Shown here: in pieces, positions 40,779-49,594 of the stretch | Layout of the letters: the number at the start of each line of letters is the position of its first letter | Numbering within the stretch: position 1 is the stretch's first letter | IMG/VR virus record: IMGVR_UViG_2875697941_000003 | DNA length: 54,981 nucleotides | Strand: one strand, 5' to 3' | From: a virus | Lineage: Duplodnaviria > Heunggongvirae > Uroviricota > Caudoviricetes | Program-made: the position numbers and the translations under genes | Notes under the pieces: generated by a model | Databases searched by the model: none | What the model saw: only the letters and a program-made list of their open reading frames with translations | Told to the model about the DNA's origin: nothing

Positions 40779-42071
40779 CTATGGTTTTTTATTAGAATCT
40801 TCGCCACTAAATAAATTATAATAAATTGATTTTATTAGATATCTGTCAGAATCTATATGGTCAGCACGAGTAGCATGCTCTAATGTTTCAAATGCTAGGG
40901 TTTGTGCGGCTTCAGCAAAAATTCCAGGCCAACCCTTACTCAGCATCGACAGTCCTTTAAGTACCCTTATCTGAATTTCCCTCATACTGGCACCATCGCG
41001 CGCAACAGGTGAGAAAAAGTCTTCAAGTAGATCGTTATTCTGAAGTGGTGCAACATGTACAGAAGGATATTTCACTTCTATTTCATCAGATTTATTCTGC
41101 GCGTAAGCGGAAAGTATACGTACACCTCTGCCAATGACATCAATGGCGGTTCCAGGATCGTTCACTGCGGGGGAAAGGGCTCGGCAGGCTATTTCGGCCA
41201 TGACGCTAAGACAAAATCGGGGGTCCTGAGCAAATGAACGTACATCCGAGACAATAATCGTCTCAAGTAAATCGGTGCTGATTGATGACTCCTGGCCCTG
41301 ACTCAGGTACAAAACTGGCGTGGACGGATGTATGAAACTGCCCGGCTGCGCCACGAGGTATACATGACGGGGATCATTGGTCAGCAGCTTGCTGAGTTTC
41401 ACCATATCAACATATTCAACATAGCCAATCTTTTTCGGATAAACTGCAACCGTTCCTTTCGGCTGTTCATTGTTCTCAAGCCATGGATATCCGCCGAGAC
41501 AGGGATTTCTTGCTCTCGCAATAAATGTTTCGATGGCCGCCTGTTCTACTTTTGCCGTTGTCTCACCAACCCTCCCCAGAGAGGTCAAATGCTGTATCCA
41601 GCGAAGCAATGTGATGAGGATTAAGGCAATGACAACCAGTGTTACAATGAATAAAATGACTCTCCCCCTTTCTCCATAAGCTCCCATATTGAGGGCAATA
41701 ATCCCTACCAGACTGAAGAGAAAAGAACCGATGAAGGTGGCCAGTACATTTTGTGTGGTGACGTCTTCAACAACTAAACGAGTAGCTCTGGGAGTCACAT
41801 TAGTAGTGGCTGAACCGTAGGCTGTGACCATGATGCTCAGCGAAAATGTGGTCACTGCCAGCATACTCGATGCCAGTATGTTCAGAATGTTATCGACTGC
41901 TTCCGCACCAACCTTCACGGAAACCGACTCAGGTATCATTGATTTAAAAAGAATTGATAAAAGGGCCGTTATTATTGCGACAATTGCGAATAACGTTGCC
42001 CTGAACCATAGTTTTTTAAATGTCTGCTTCAGCATCCATTTCCAGCGTGAAATCATTCTGCATTCCCTCAT
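40779..42071 (-). CDS. DUF2254-type membrane protein (430 aa)
   Basis: N-terminal multi-TM region followed by soluble domain; family call from memory only. Confidence 0.5.
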   Translation of the reverse strand: MRECRMISRWKWMLKQTFKKLWFRATLFAIVAIITALLSILFKSMIPESVSVKVGAEAVDNILNILASSMLAVTTFSLSIMVTAYGSATTNVTPRATRLVVEDVTTQNVLATFIGSFLFSLVGIIALNMGAYGERGRVILFIVTLVVIALILITLLRWIQHLTSLGRVGETTAKVEQAAIETFIARARNPCLGGYPWLENNEQPKGTVAVYPKKIGYVEYVDMVKLSKLLTNDPRHVYLVAQPGSFIHPSTPVLYLSQGQESSISTDLLETIIVSDVRSFAQDPRFCLSVMAEIACRALSPAVNDPGTAIDVIGRGVRILSAYAQNKSDEIEVKYPSVHVAPLQNNDLLEDFFSPVARDGASMREIQIRVLKGLSMLSKGWPGIFAEAAQTLAFETLEHATRADHIDSDRYLIKSIYYNLFSGEDSNKKP

Positions 42072-42119
42072 ATTGCAGCCGGGATAAATAAATGCCGCCT
42101 CTGTGGCGGCATGTTGCTG

Positions 42120-44123
42120 TTAACGAACCAGATGCAGGAAGTGCAGGTGTTTTTCGTACTGGTCCAGTATGTCATTAATCAGCTGTTCCTGATTCCAGCC
42201 CATTACATCATAATTTTGGCCGCCCTCTTTGAGATAGACTTCAGCGCGATAATATCGATGTTGTTCACTCTGCTGCTCATCATTATCCAGCGCAGCGAGC
42301 GCGAAGGTCGGTGAGTTATACCCGCGAAGCCTCACTTCATATATATAATTCAGCTCGTTGCCCAAATCGACTTCAAGGCGAATACGATCCTCGGCGGCGT
42401 CACTGATGTGGCTTATCGTTCCCTGCTTGTTAAGTTCCTCCTGAACCAGCGTCATGGCGGGTTGGATAATGTCGTCCATAAAACGTTTCACAAGAGAGCG
42501 CTTCGGCAAATACGCGATATTGCGTAACCTTCTCTGCCAGGGAATTGGGTTACGTGCAGCCGTAGGAGCAATAGTCGCCATGCTAAGGCTTTCACGCTTG
42601 GTCAAATCCCGACGCAGGGCTTTTAACAGTCCGTATATGGATATTAATAAGATAACTGAGAAGGGCAATGCACTCGCTATCGTTACGGTTTGCAACGCAC
42701 TCAGCCCCCCTGCGATCAGCAGGGCAATAGCAACAACGCCCATGAGCGATGCCCAGAAAATTCGCTGCCAGACGGGCGTGTTTGCCACCCCACCTGATGC
42801 CAGAGTATCCACAACCATTGCCCCCGAATCAGCAGACGTTACAAAGAAGACGATGACCATCGCCATTGCAATGAATGACAGCACGGAAGAGAACGGGAAA
42901 TGCTCCAGGAAATTAAACAGGGCAAGCGCAACATCCTGCTGAACGGTATTGGCGAGGTCAGTGGCGCCCTGGTTCATGATGAGATAGATGGCGCTGTTTC
43001 CAAACACCGTCATCCACATGAGCGTAAAGCCGGCGGGAACAAACAACACGCCAGTCACGAACTCACGAATTGTCCTGCCGCGGGAAACGCGTGCAATGAA
43101 CATACCTACAAACGGCGACCATGAAAGCCACCATCCCCAGTATAATAATGTCCAGCCCCCCAGCCAGTTGCTCGACTTGGGTTCATACGCGTAAAGGTTG
43201 AACGTTTTACTCACCAGTTCCGACAGATAACCACCCGTATTTTCCACAAATGACTTCAGCAGAAGCACAGTGGGACCCAGGCACAAGACCAGCGCCAGGA
43301 GCAACACCGCCAGGCCCAGATTAAGCTCAGACAGGATGCGTATTCCCTTGTCCAGGCCGGACACCACCGAAATCGTCGCTAACCCCGTGATGACCACGAT
43401 CAAAATGACCTGTACCGTTTCATTGATGGGCACGCCGAAAAGATGGTTCAAACCGGCATTCACCTGCAATACACCGTAACCCAGCGATGTTGCAACGCCA
43501 AAGACAGTGCCTATCACGGCGAAGATATCAACCGCGTGGCCTATAGGCCCGTAAATGCGATCGCCGATAATGGGATAGAGCGCAGAACGCAGCGTTAAAG
43601 GCAGACCGTGACGGTAACTGAAAAAGGCCAGAATCAGCGCCACGATGGCATAAATTGCCCATGCGTGCAGACCCCAGTGGAAGAACGTCAGGCGCATGGC
43701 TTCCTTCGCTGCCGCAACGGTCTCTGGAGTGCCGACAGGTGGCGAAAGATAATGCATCACAGGTTCGGCAACGCCAAAGAACATCAGGCCGATCCCCATC
43801 CCTGCCGAAAAAAGCATCGCGAACCAGGAGTGGTAGCTGAAATCAGGCTGCGCATGGTCTGGGCCCAGCTTTATATCACCGTAACGTGAGAGTCCAAGGA
43901 ACGTGACGCTCAGTAAAATCAGGGCCACAGCAAGTATGTAGAACCAGCTGGCATTCGTGAAGATTTGTTGCTGAAGTAGTTTAAAATTTTTGTCGGCGAC
44001 ATCCGGGAATACGGCGGCAAAGGCGACAAGAAGGAAAATTAGCAAAGCAGATGTAAAGAATACCGCTTTGTTAATCTGGCTTGTAGACTTCTTTGGGGTT
44101 GTATCATTTTCACTCATAATCAT
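42120..44123 (-). CDS. BCCT-family transporter, BetT-like (choline/betaine/carnitine), 667 aa
   Basis: Shares blocks with E. coli BetT (WSPFVG.F.ARVSRGRTIR.FV; ILDQYE.HL.F.HL) but is a paralog. Confidence 0.85.
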   Translation of the reverse strand: MIMSENDTTPKKSTSQINKAVFFTSALLIFLLVAFAAVFPDVADKNFKLLQQQIFTNASWFYILAVALILLSVTFLGLSRYGDIKLGPDHAQPDFSYHSWFAMLFSAGMGIGLMFFGVAEPVMHYLSPPVGTPETVAAAKEAMRLTFFHWGLHAWAIYAIVALILAFFSYRHGLPLTLRSALYPIIGDRIYGPIGHAVDIFAVIGTVFGVATSLGYGVLQVNAGLNHLFGVPINETVQVILIVVITGLATISVVSGLDKGIRILSELNLGLAVLLLALVLCLGPTVLLLKSFVENTGGYLSELVSKTFNLYAYEPKSSNWLGGWTLLYWGWWLSWSPFVGMFIARVSRGRTIREFVTGVLFVPAGFTLMWMTVFGNSAIYLIMNQGATDLANTVQQDVALALFNFLEHFPFSSVLSFIAMAMVIVFFVTSADSGAMVVDTLASGGVANTPVWQRIFWASLMGVVAIALLIAGGLSALQTVTIASALPFSVILLISIYGLLKALRRDLTKRESLSMATIAPTAARNPIPWQRRLRNIAYLPKRSLVKRFMDDIIQPAMTLVQEELNKQGTISHISDAAEDRIRLEVDLGNELNYIYEVRLRGYNSPTFALAALDNDEQQSEQHRYYRAEVYLKEGGQNYDVMGWNQEQLINDILDQYEKHLHFLHLVR

Positions 44124-44457
44124 TTATTCCATTAATTAAATCCGCACTGGATAGAAGGTACTACCTCTCACAGAGTAGCAAAGTTCAACTGGCTATGCGG
44201 GGTTAATCGGAATGCATGGTGGAATGAGTGCCGATACAAATCATCCTATATTCTAAGGAGTTTTAAGTTACTCAGCCTGCCAATTACTGGGGCATTTAAT
44301 TTGTATGATCTGTATCAAAGCTGGGATATAAGTTAAGTGAAGTATATTAGGCACGAATTACCAGCGTCTGCTCTTGGCACAAAGCGGACAACCACGCTAG
44401 CTCTACCCTGTGCCACAAAATGTCAATTTGCATCTGAACTAATGCACTTTAATCTCG

Positions 44458-44880
44458 TCACTTCAATAAATACCGAACATCCCCCTGATAAAACGACAAT
44501 ATGCGCTGCATAACTTCGCTCTTCCGGCACTCGCGACAGATTATGTTTAGGCGACTGTCGTAGCGACGTATTTCTCCGTCAGGTAATGACCAGATAAGGT
44601 CCGGATCAACCACAACCGGTTTCTTCAGCTTTGCCCTCGATAATTTTTTGCGGGCATTTTGCCAGTCTTTACGAGCCTGTTCAGACGGGAATAACCCGTA
44701 GCCAGAATTGTATACATCGCCACTGGCAACCAGCTCTCTGGCCAGAACGCTCATCAGATATCTTGTTGCCCCAGTTTTAGCTTCCAGTTGTCGTAACGTC
44801 TCGCGCCCACTCTGGCGTACGAGTTCAAGAACCTGCCCTTTAATTTTTTCCCGCTCTTCTTGTGTAAAAACTTTTGCCAC
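44458..44880 (-). CDS. Hypothetical early-region protein (140 aa)
   Basis: ORF directly downstream of the replication gene. Confidence 0.5.
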   Translation of the reverse strand: MAKVFTQEEREKIKGQVLELVRQSGRETLRQLEAKTGATRYLMSVLARELVASGDVYNSGYGLFPSEQARKDWQNARKKLSRAKLKKPVVVDPDLIWSLPDGEIRRYDSRLNIICRECRKSEVMQRILSFYQGDVRYLLK

Positions 44881-44920
44881 AAGCCCTCCTGAAAATTACC
44901 TCATGACCAGAAATTAACAC

Positions 44921-45997
44921 TTACCCCCTGAAGCCCGGCGGAATTTCGTTATCCGGTTCAGAAATATGATTCACACAACGTTGGTTGTTCGTGCCGCTTA
45001 CCGGGAGCAACCAGGGGTTCTCAAAATTCCGGTCCGGTCCAAAAAACGTCGTCGCTCGCTGAACAAATTCCGTTCCCGTTTTCCCGGTAGCCGCCAAGTA
45101 TCTTGCGTAACGCCTCACGCCATCCAGCATGGCCTCTGGTGGCACCCCCTCGCGTAATCTGGCCTTCCAGGCACTGAAAGCGGATTTCTTCGGGTTTGCC
45201 CCAGCACGCAACGGGTACTCCCGCCAGACCTGTTCGAACACATCCGGATAATCCACTCGTCCCACAGACTGCCCGGTGTTTTCCGGGACTACCCGATCGG
45301 CTTCCCGCTGAATGGCGGAATCGGCTTCGGGCTGCTGCAGTTGGTGTGATTGCTCCGGCCTTGCGGTCATCACCTGCTGCACAGCGCCCGAATCGGCTTT
45401 CAGCGCATACGCTGAATCGGCTTCCGGTGTCGTGCCTGCTGGCTGACCAAGATTGACGGTCTGAACATCCCCTGCCTGGTTCGTGGCGTTTTTTACGCCA
45501 TGGACCATAGTGTTTTGATCTTCTTGATCTGTATCTTTATCTGTATCTTTATCTGTCGTGACTCGTCGTGACATATGCGTGACATTTCGTGACGCGCCGT
45601 GACAATCGCCATTTTGTTCCCGCTTTCTTTCCCTCTCTCGCTGCGCCCTCTTGCGCTCTGCAGGAGATTTTGCGGTTTGCGAAATATTGCCGTTGTCCTC
45701 TTTAAGCACCTGGCGTTTTTCCCATCCAGTGATTAAATCACCATCAAGTACCCGCCCCTGCATCGTCTGCAAAATTGAATCAATTACCTCTTCTGTCACG
45801 TCGAGCGCACTTGCCAAATCTTCTGTCGTGACCTCAATGTGACCTCGCGTGACATTTCGTGACGCGCTCACCAGGAGGTGGATATACACTGCCATCACTG
45901 TTGCAATTGGCTGCCCTGACACCCTGGCAATTGTTCGCCACTTAGGGTCATTTGGCATGTCATGCCATAATCTGAGCCAGGCGTTAGCCATACTCAC
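44921..45997 (-). CDS. Putative replication initiation protein (O-like), with iteron repeats inside the ORF
   Basis: Position after Cro-like/YdaT-like genes; embedded CGTGAC iterons. Confidence 0.55.
   Translation of the reverse strand: MSMANAWLRLWHDMPNDPKWRTIARVSGQPIATVMAVYIHLLVSASRNVTRGHIEVTTEDLASALDVTEEVIDSILQTMQGRVLDGDLITGWEKRQVLKEDNGNISQTAKSPAERKRAQRERERKREQNGDCHGASRNVTHMSRRVTTDKDTDKDTDQEDQNTMVHGVKNATNQAGDVQTVNLGQPAGTTPEADSAYALKADSGAVQQVMTARPEQSHQLQQPEADSAIQREADRVVPENTGQSVGRVDYPDVFEQVWREYPLRAGANPKKSAFSAWKARLREGVPPEAMLDGVRRYARYLAATGKTGTEFVQRATTFFGPDRNFENPWLLPVSGTNNQRCVNHISEPDNEIPPGFRG
45552..45603. repeat. Iteron cluster A: five CGTGAC repeats at 10-11 bp spacing (45557, 45567, 45578, 45588, 45598)
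   Basis: Direct count in sequence; spacing is not a multiple of 3, so it is DNA-level periodicity. Confidence 0.6.
45795..45863. repeat. Iteron cluster B: CGTGAC/TGTGAC repeats at 45827, 45838, 45848, 45858 plus an inverted GTCACG at 45795
   Basis: Direct count; shares TCTGTCGTGAC and GACATTTCGTGACGCGC blocks with cluster A. Confidence 0.6.
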
Positions 45998-46062
45998 CTC
46001 TTTTGATACCGAATCTTTTTACTCACAAATTGCCGGAAGCGATCCGGTATGAATATTGCGAG

Positions 46063-46488
46063 TCAATGCACAGCCACAATATTTCCTGCAGGGCCACCAC
46101 GATTCATCTGGTTGAAACCAGCGATCGCCACTGCGACAAAATCATCAGCGTCTCTCACCAGTCGTTCCCGCGTCTCCACTAGTTCCCGAAAATAGGCTGA
46201 GCTATGACTGCGCATTCGGGCCACCAGCAGAGGTGGCATTGCTTTTTCGATAGCTGGTAACAACGCCTGAATTTTTTTAACCGCATCAGGGGTGTCTTTC
46301 TCCACCCAGCGGAAAATTTTCTGAGTATTGCGAGCCAGGGCTTCCGGATGGCTGTCGTCATACAGTTCCGGGAACGTCATTCCCAGCTCGAAATACGCTT
46401 TGGTAATTTTCGCAGCCGGTACTTTTTCGCCGTCCGGATGCGCCCAGGCATTCATCGCCATGCGGATGTGTTCATGCTTGATTTTCAT
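46063..46488 (-). CDS. YdaT-like early-region protein (141 aa) by position and size
   Basis: Second gene of the rightward early operon after the Cro-like gene, as ydaT in K-12 Rac. Confidence 0.5.
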   Translation of the reverse strand: MKIKHEHIRMAMNAWAHPDGEKVPAAKITKAYFELGMTFPELYDDSHPEALARNTQKIFRWVEKDTPDAVKKIQALLPAIEKAMPPLLVARMRSHSSAYFRELVETRERLVRDADDFVAVAIAGFNQMNRGGPAGNIVAVH

Positions 46489-46739
46489 GAATCAACTCCC
46501 ATCAGCTTTTTCGTAGTAGTTTTATTCCTGCCAATAGTTAAAATTGCATCGGCAGAAAATAATCCGTTTGATTCAAGAGCGATTTTTTCAGCGTAATTTG
46601 TTTCGCCGGTATATTCTGTGCGAGGCAATTTTCCGTTATCCATCCATTTATAGATTGCTCTTTGGCTGACACCACAAACGTCGGCCACAACAGCAACGCG
46701 AACAGTTTTGATTACATCTTCAAGTGTTTTCTGGTTCAT
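46485..46739 (-). CDS. Cro/YdaS-like HTH protein (start taken at ATG with SD GAGGGTG)
   Basis: HTH-like segment VVADVCGVSQRAIYKWM; divergent from the repressor gene. Confidence 0.6.
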   Translation of the reverse strand: MNQKTLEDVIKTVRVAVVADVCGVSQRAIYKWMDNGKLPRTEYTGETNYAEKIALESNGLFSADAILTIGRNKTTTKKLMGVDS

Positions 46740-46750
46740 ATCACCCTCAC

Positions 46751-46795
46751 AATGTGAACTTTGAGTACATGCTATAACAGAACTGACAGTACATT
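46751..46795. promoter_or_regulatory. Putative operator/promoter region between divergent repressor and Cro-like genes
   Basis: AGTACAT(T) motifs at 46764-46770 and 46788-46795 plus related AATGTGAACT, in a 79-bp divergent intergenic region. Confidence 0.4.
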
Positions 46796-46818
46796 CAAGA
46801 GCGAATATCATTGAACTT

Positions 46819-47238
46819 ATGGTTCATGAAGATAAAGCGCGTAAAGAGTTCGCCAGTAGGCTTGCGCTAGCCTGTGAAAACGCTGGTTATGAACAACATG
46901 GAAGGCAGGCAGAAATTGCCCGTCGAATGAAATTAACACCAAAAGCGGTTAGCAAATGGTTTAATGGCGAAACAATTCCTCGCCGGGAGAAATTAAGGGA
47001 ATTAGCAACACTAATAGGAACAACACCAACCTACCTTTTGGGAGAGGATACAGAAGAAAGTGGACAGGTACGTTTCTATCAGGAGTTAAATCCAAGACAA
47101 AAAATCATCATTGACCTTCTGGACGAGCTCCCTGACAGTGAGACAGATGAACTTTTAAAAACTCTTGAAGAGAAAAAACAGAAGTACAATGCAATTTACG
47201 AAGAGTTAGCACGAAAGAAAAAACAAAAAGCCTCTTAA
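46819..47238 (+). CDS. Prophage repressor-like HTH protein (RacR-like position), 139 aa
   Basis: XRE-type HTH with Lys-rich coiled C-terminus; divergent from Cro-like gene. Confidence 0.65.
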   Translation: MVHEDKARKEFASRLALACENAGYEQHGRQAEIARRMKLTPKAVSKWFNGETIPRREKLRELATLIGTTPTYLLGEDTEESGQVRFYQELNPRQKIIIDLLDELPDSETDELLKTLEEKKQKYNAIYEELARKKKQKAS

Positions 47239-47302
47239 ACCAGCATAAATCCGGTAGCGCCTTCCTCCGGGTTTGTGCTTCACTTTATCCCATCTCATTT
47301 TT

Positions 47303-47356
47303 TTACACATAAAATGTACTAAATGTACTTTACAACAATGAACACAAAGTACATTA
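47303..47356 (+). promoter_or_regulatory. Putative early-left promoter/operator (pL analogue)
   Basis: Tandem AAATGTACT AAATGTACT (47312-47329) and inverted AGTACATT (47349-47356) overlapping TTTACA / TACATT promoter-like boxes. Confidence 0.4.
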
Positions 47357-47524
47357 TATGCCTGCCACCCACCCCGCCCCACAGAATGCAGGGCAATACT
47401 TCGAGTTACCAGGCAGTGGTCAGGGGTTAAGTAGCCAGCCCGAGGCGTAAGAACATGACGGCGGGATTCAAATTTTGCAGTGCAGCAGTTAGTTCCGCCA
47501 CCCGGCGTTAAGGGGAGAGATAAG

Positions 47525-47659
47525 ATGGTGCATTACGAAGTAGTTCAGTATTTGATGGATTGTTGCGGTATCACTTACAACCAGGCTGTGCAGGCTTTAC
47601 GCAGCAACGACTGGGATCTCTGGCAGGCAGAAGTCGCTATACGTAGCAACAAGATGTGA
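47525..47659 (+). CDS. ydaG: Small protein YdaG-like (44 aa)
   Basis: ATG with SD AGGGGAGAG; size, order and orientation match K-12 Rac ydaG. Confidence 0.5.
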   Translation: MVHYEVVQYLMDCCGITYNQAVQALRSNDWDLWQAEVAIRSNKM

Positions 47660-47669
47660 GATTCGCAAA

Positions 47670-47825
47670 ATGCAAAAAATCGACCTCGGCAACAACGAAT
47701 CCCTGGTGTGCGGCGTGTTCCCCAACCAGGATGGAACGTTCACTGCCATGACGTATACCAAAAGCAAAACATTTAAAACCGAAACTGGTGCGCGCCGATG
47801 GTTGGAGAAGCACACAGTAAGCTAA
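47670..47825 (+). CDS. ydaF: Small protein YdaF-like (51 aa)
   Basis: Size, order and orientation match K-12 Rac ydaF. Confidence 0.45.
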   Translation: MQKIDLGNNESLVCGVFPNQDGTFTAMTYTKSKTFKTETGARRWLEKHTVS

Positions 47826-48310
47826 CGATTAAAACGTCTACTCCTGCTGTTCCAGAATAACTTCATAAAATGGGAGTATTTTTCGGTGACGAGATAATAA
47901 GAACAGTTTGCGCTATCACTCTGATGTTGAATGATGCCCTTCCGTTCTAATTTTTTCATAACCGGGTTACGGCAAGGAGAAGTGATAATAAGATTTCCTG
48001 TTTTAAGGAAATCTTTAAATACAGCGATTTCTTTCTCAGATAAACGAAGCAATACTCGTTGCTCTGGTAGTAATGAATAATGCTTTTGAATATGTGCTCG
48101 CAATCTTGAGAAGGAAATGGCGACCACGAAAGAAAAGGCAAAAACGATAATCTGAAAGAGCCAAGGTATTTCAGTATAAGCATTGAATGCGACAGTAAAC
48201 TCTTTCGGTATCAGCCAGAGAGTGAGACCAAAAATGATAATCGTATACATAAGTCTTTCGAGTGGCTCGTTAGCAAAAAGTTTCAACAATGGAGTAAATA
48301 CATCCAACAT
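47822..48310 (-). CDS. sieB: Superinfection exclusion protein B (SieB), 162 aa
   Basis: Membrane protein MLDVFTPLLKLFANEPLERLMYTIIIFGLTLWLIP...; position and size as Rac sieB. Confidence 0.75.
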   Translation of the reverse strand: MLDVFTPLLKLFANEPLERLMYTIIIFGLTLWLIPKEFTVAFNAYTEIPWLFQIIVFAFSFVVAISFSRLRAHIQKHYSLLPEQRVLLRLSEKEIAVFKDFLKTGNLIITSPCRNPVMKKLERKGIIQHQSDSANCSYYLVTEKYSHFMKLFWNSRSRRFNR

Positions 48311-48751
48311 ATCAATAACTCTCAACTGTAAGGGTATTGAAATGTTAACACAAACTCTCGCTGTAGGGGTATAGCCGAGACCACCGAAGCCCGGAGGTGG
48401 TGAAATAAAACCGGGCACAACACGAAGGCGCATTTCCGATATCCATAAAGAGTCGGTCTTGTCTGTTAAATTTAAATGGAGGGAGTGCGCCTCCGGTTGT
48501 AAATAACGACATTGCTGTGTGTAGTCCTGGCGGCATCAGTTTTTTTCTTGAAGTTCGGCTGATGTCCGCCCTTTTTAAAGTGAATTTTGTGATGCGGTGA
48601 ATGCGGCTAAGCGCACGTGGCACAGTTAAAAGTCATGTTAGTCCTTATTGGTTTGGGTGGGAAAGCCGACTGTAATTGTTAACTGGTTGCAGTCACCTGG
48701 AGGCACCAGACACCGCATCAACAAAGTTCATTTGTAAAAATGGAGATAATT

Positions 48752-48973
48752 ATGATTGCACATCACTTCGGAACTGATGAAATACCACGTCAGTGTGTGA
48801 CTCCTGGCGATTATGTTCTTCATGAAGGCCGGACATATATTGCCTCGGCAAACAATATTAAAAAGCGAAAACTATATATTCGTAACCTGACCACAAAAAC
48901 ATTCATTACTGACCGCATGATTAAAGTCTTCCTCGGTCGTGATGGTTTACCTGTAAAGGCGGAGTCATGGTGA
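48752..48973 (+). CDS. kilR: Killing protein KilR (FtsZ inhibitor), 73 aa
   Basis: Sequence [35 protein letters not shown]... recognised as Rac KilR. Confidence 0.75.
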
Positions 48974-49143
48974 TGACTAAGAAAATAAAATGTGCTTACC
49001 ACCTTTGCAAAAAAGACGTTGAAGAAAGCAAAGCTATTGAAAGAATGCTTCACTTCATGCACGGGATTTTATCAAAAGACGAACCGAGAAAATATTGCAG
49101 TGAAGCTTGTGCCGAAAAAGACCAGATGGCACATGAACTTTAA
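48973..49143 (+). CDS. ydaE: Small Cys-containing protein YdaE (56 aa)
   Basis: Start overlaps kilR stop (TGATG); KIKCAYHLCKK...KYCSEAC; below the ORF-track cutoff. Confidence 0.6.
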   Translation: MTKKIKCAYHLCKKDVEESKAIERMLHFMHGILSKDEPRKYCSEACAEKDQMAHEL

Positions 49144-49217
49144 TTAATTGACTATTCGAAACTGAATTTATGCCAGAAATGGCAGGTATTCGCTCAACCT
49201 TAATTAAGGAGAAAAAC

Positions 49218-49493
49218 ATGATTACCAATTATGAAGCCACTGTTGTAACTACCGATGACATTGTTCACGAGGTGAATCTGGAAGGAAAGCGCATTGGCTA
49301 CGTAATTAAAACAGAAAATAAAGAAACCCCATTCACTGTGGTTGATATCGATGGTCCATCAGGCAACGTAAAAACACTTGATGAAGGTGTCAAAAAAATG
49401 TGCCTGGTGCATATCGGAAAGAATCTGCCCGCAGAAAAAAAAGCCGAATTTCTGGCAACTCTAATTGCAATGAAATTAAAAGGTGAAATCTGA
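49218..49493 (+). CDS. racC: RacC protein (91 aa)
   Basis: MITNYEATVVTTDD...; directly upstream of recE. Confidence 0.7.
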   Translation: MITNYEATVVTTDDIVHEVNLEGKRIGYVIKTENKETPFTVVDIDGPSGNVKTLDEGVKKMCLVHIGKNLPAEKKAEFLATLIAMKLKGEI

Positions 49494-49594
49494 AAGAAAT
49501 AGCCTGCGTATGGCGCAGGCTATGAACAGTGTGTATCCGGCAAGATCATTCACTGAACAAAACGAATTTTAATCTGAGTTGAGGTTAAAAAACA

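Noticed and set aside
40690-44390. TGGCACAAAGC motif considered as a sigma-54 promoter (-24 TGGCAC)
   Set aside because: The GC of a -12 element is not at the required spacing from the GG; treated only as a shared repeat motif.
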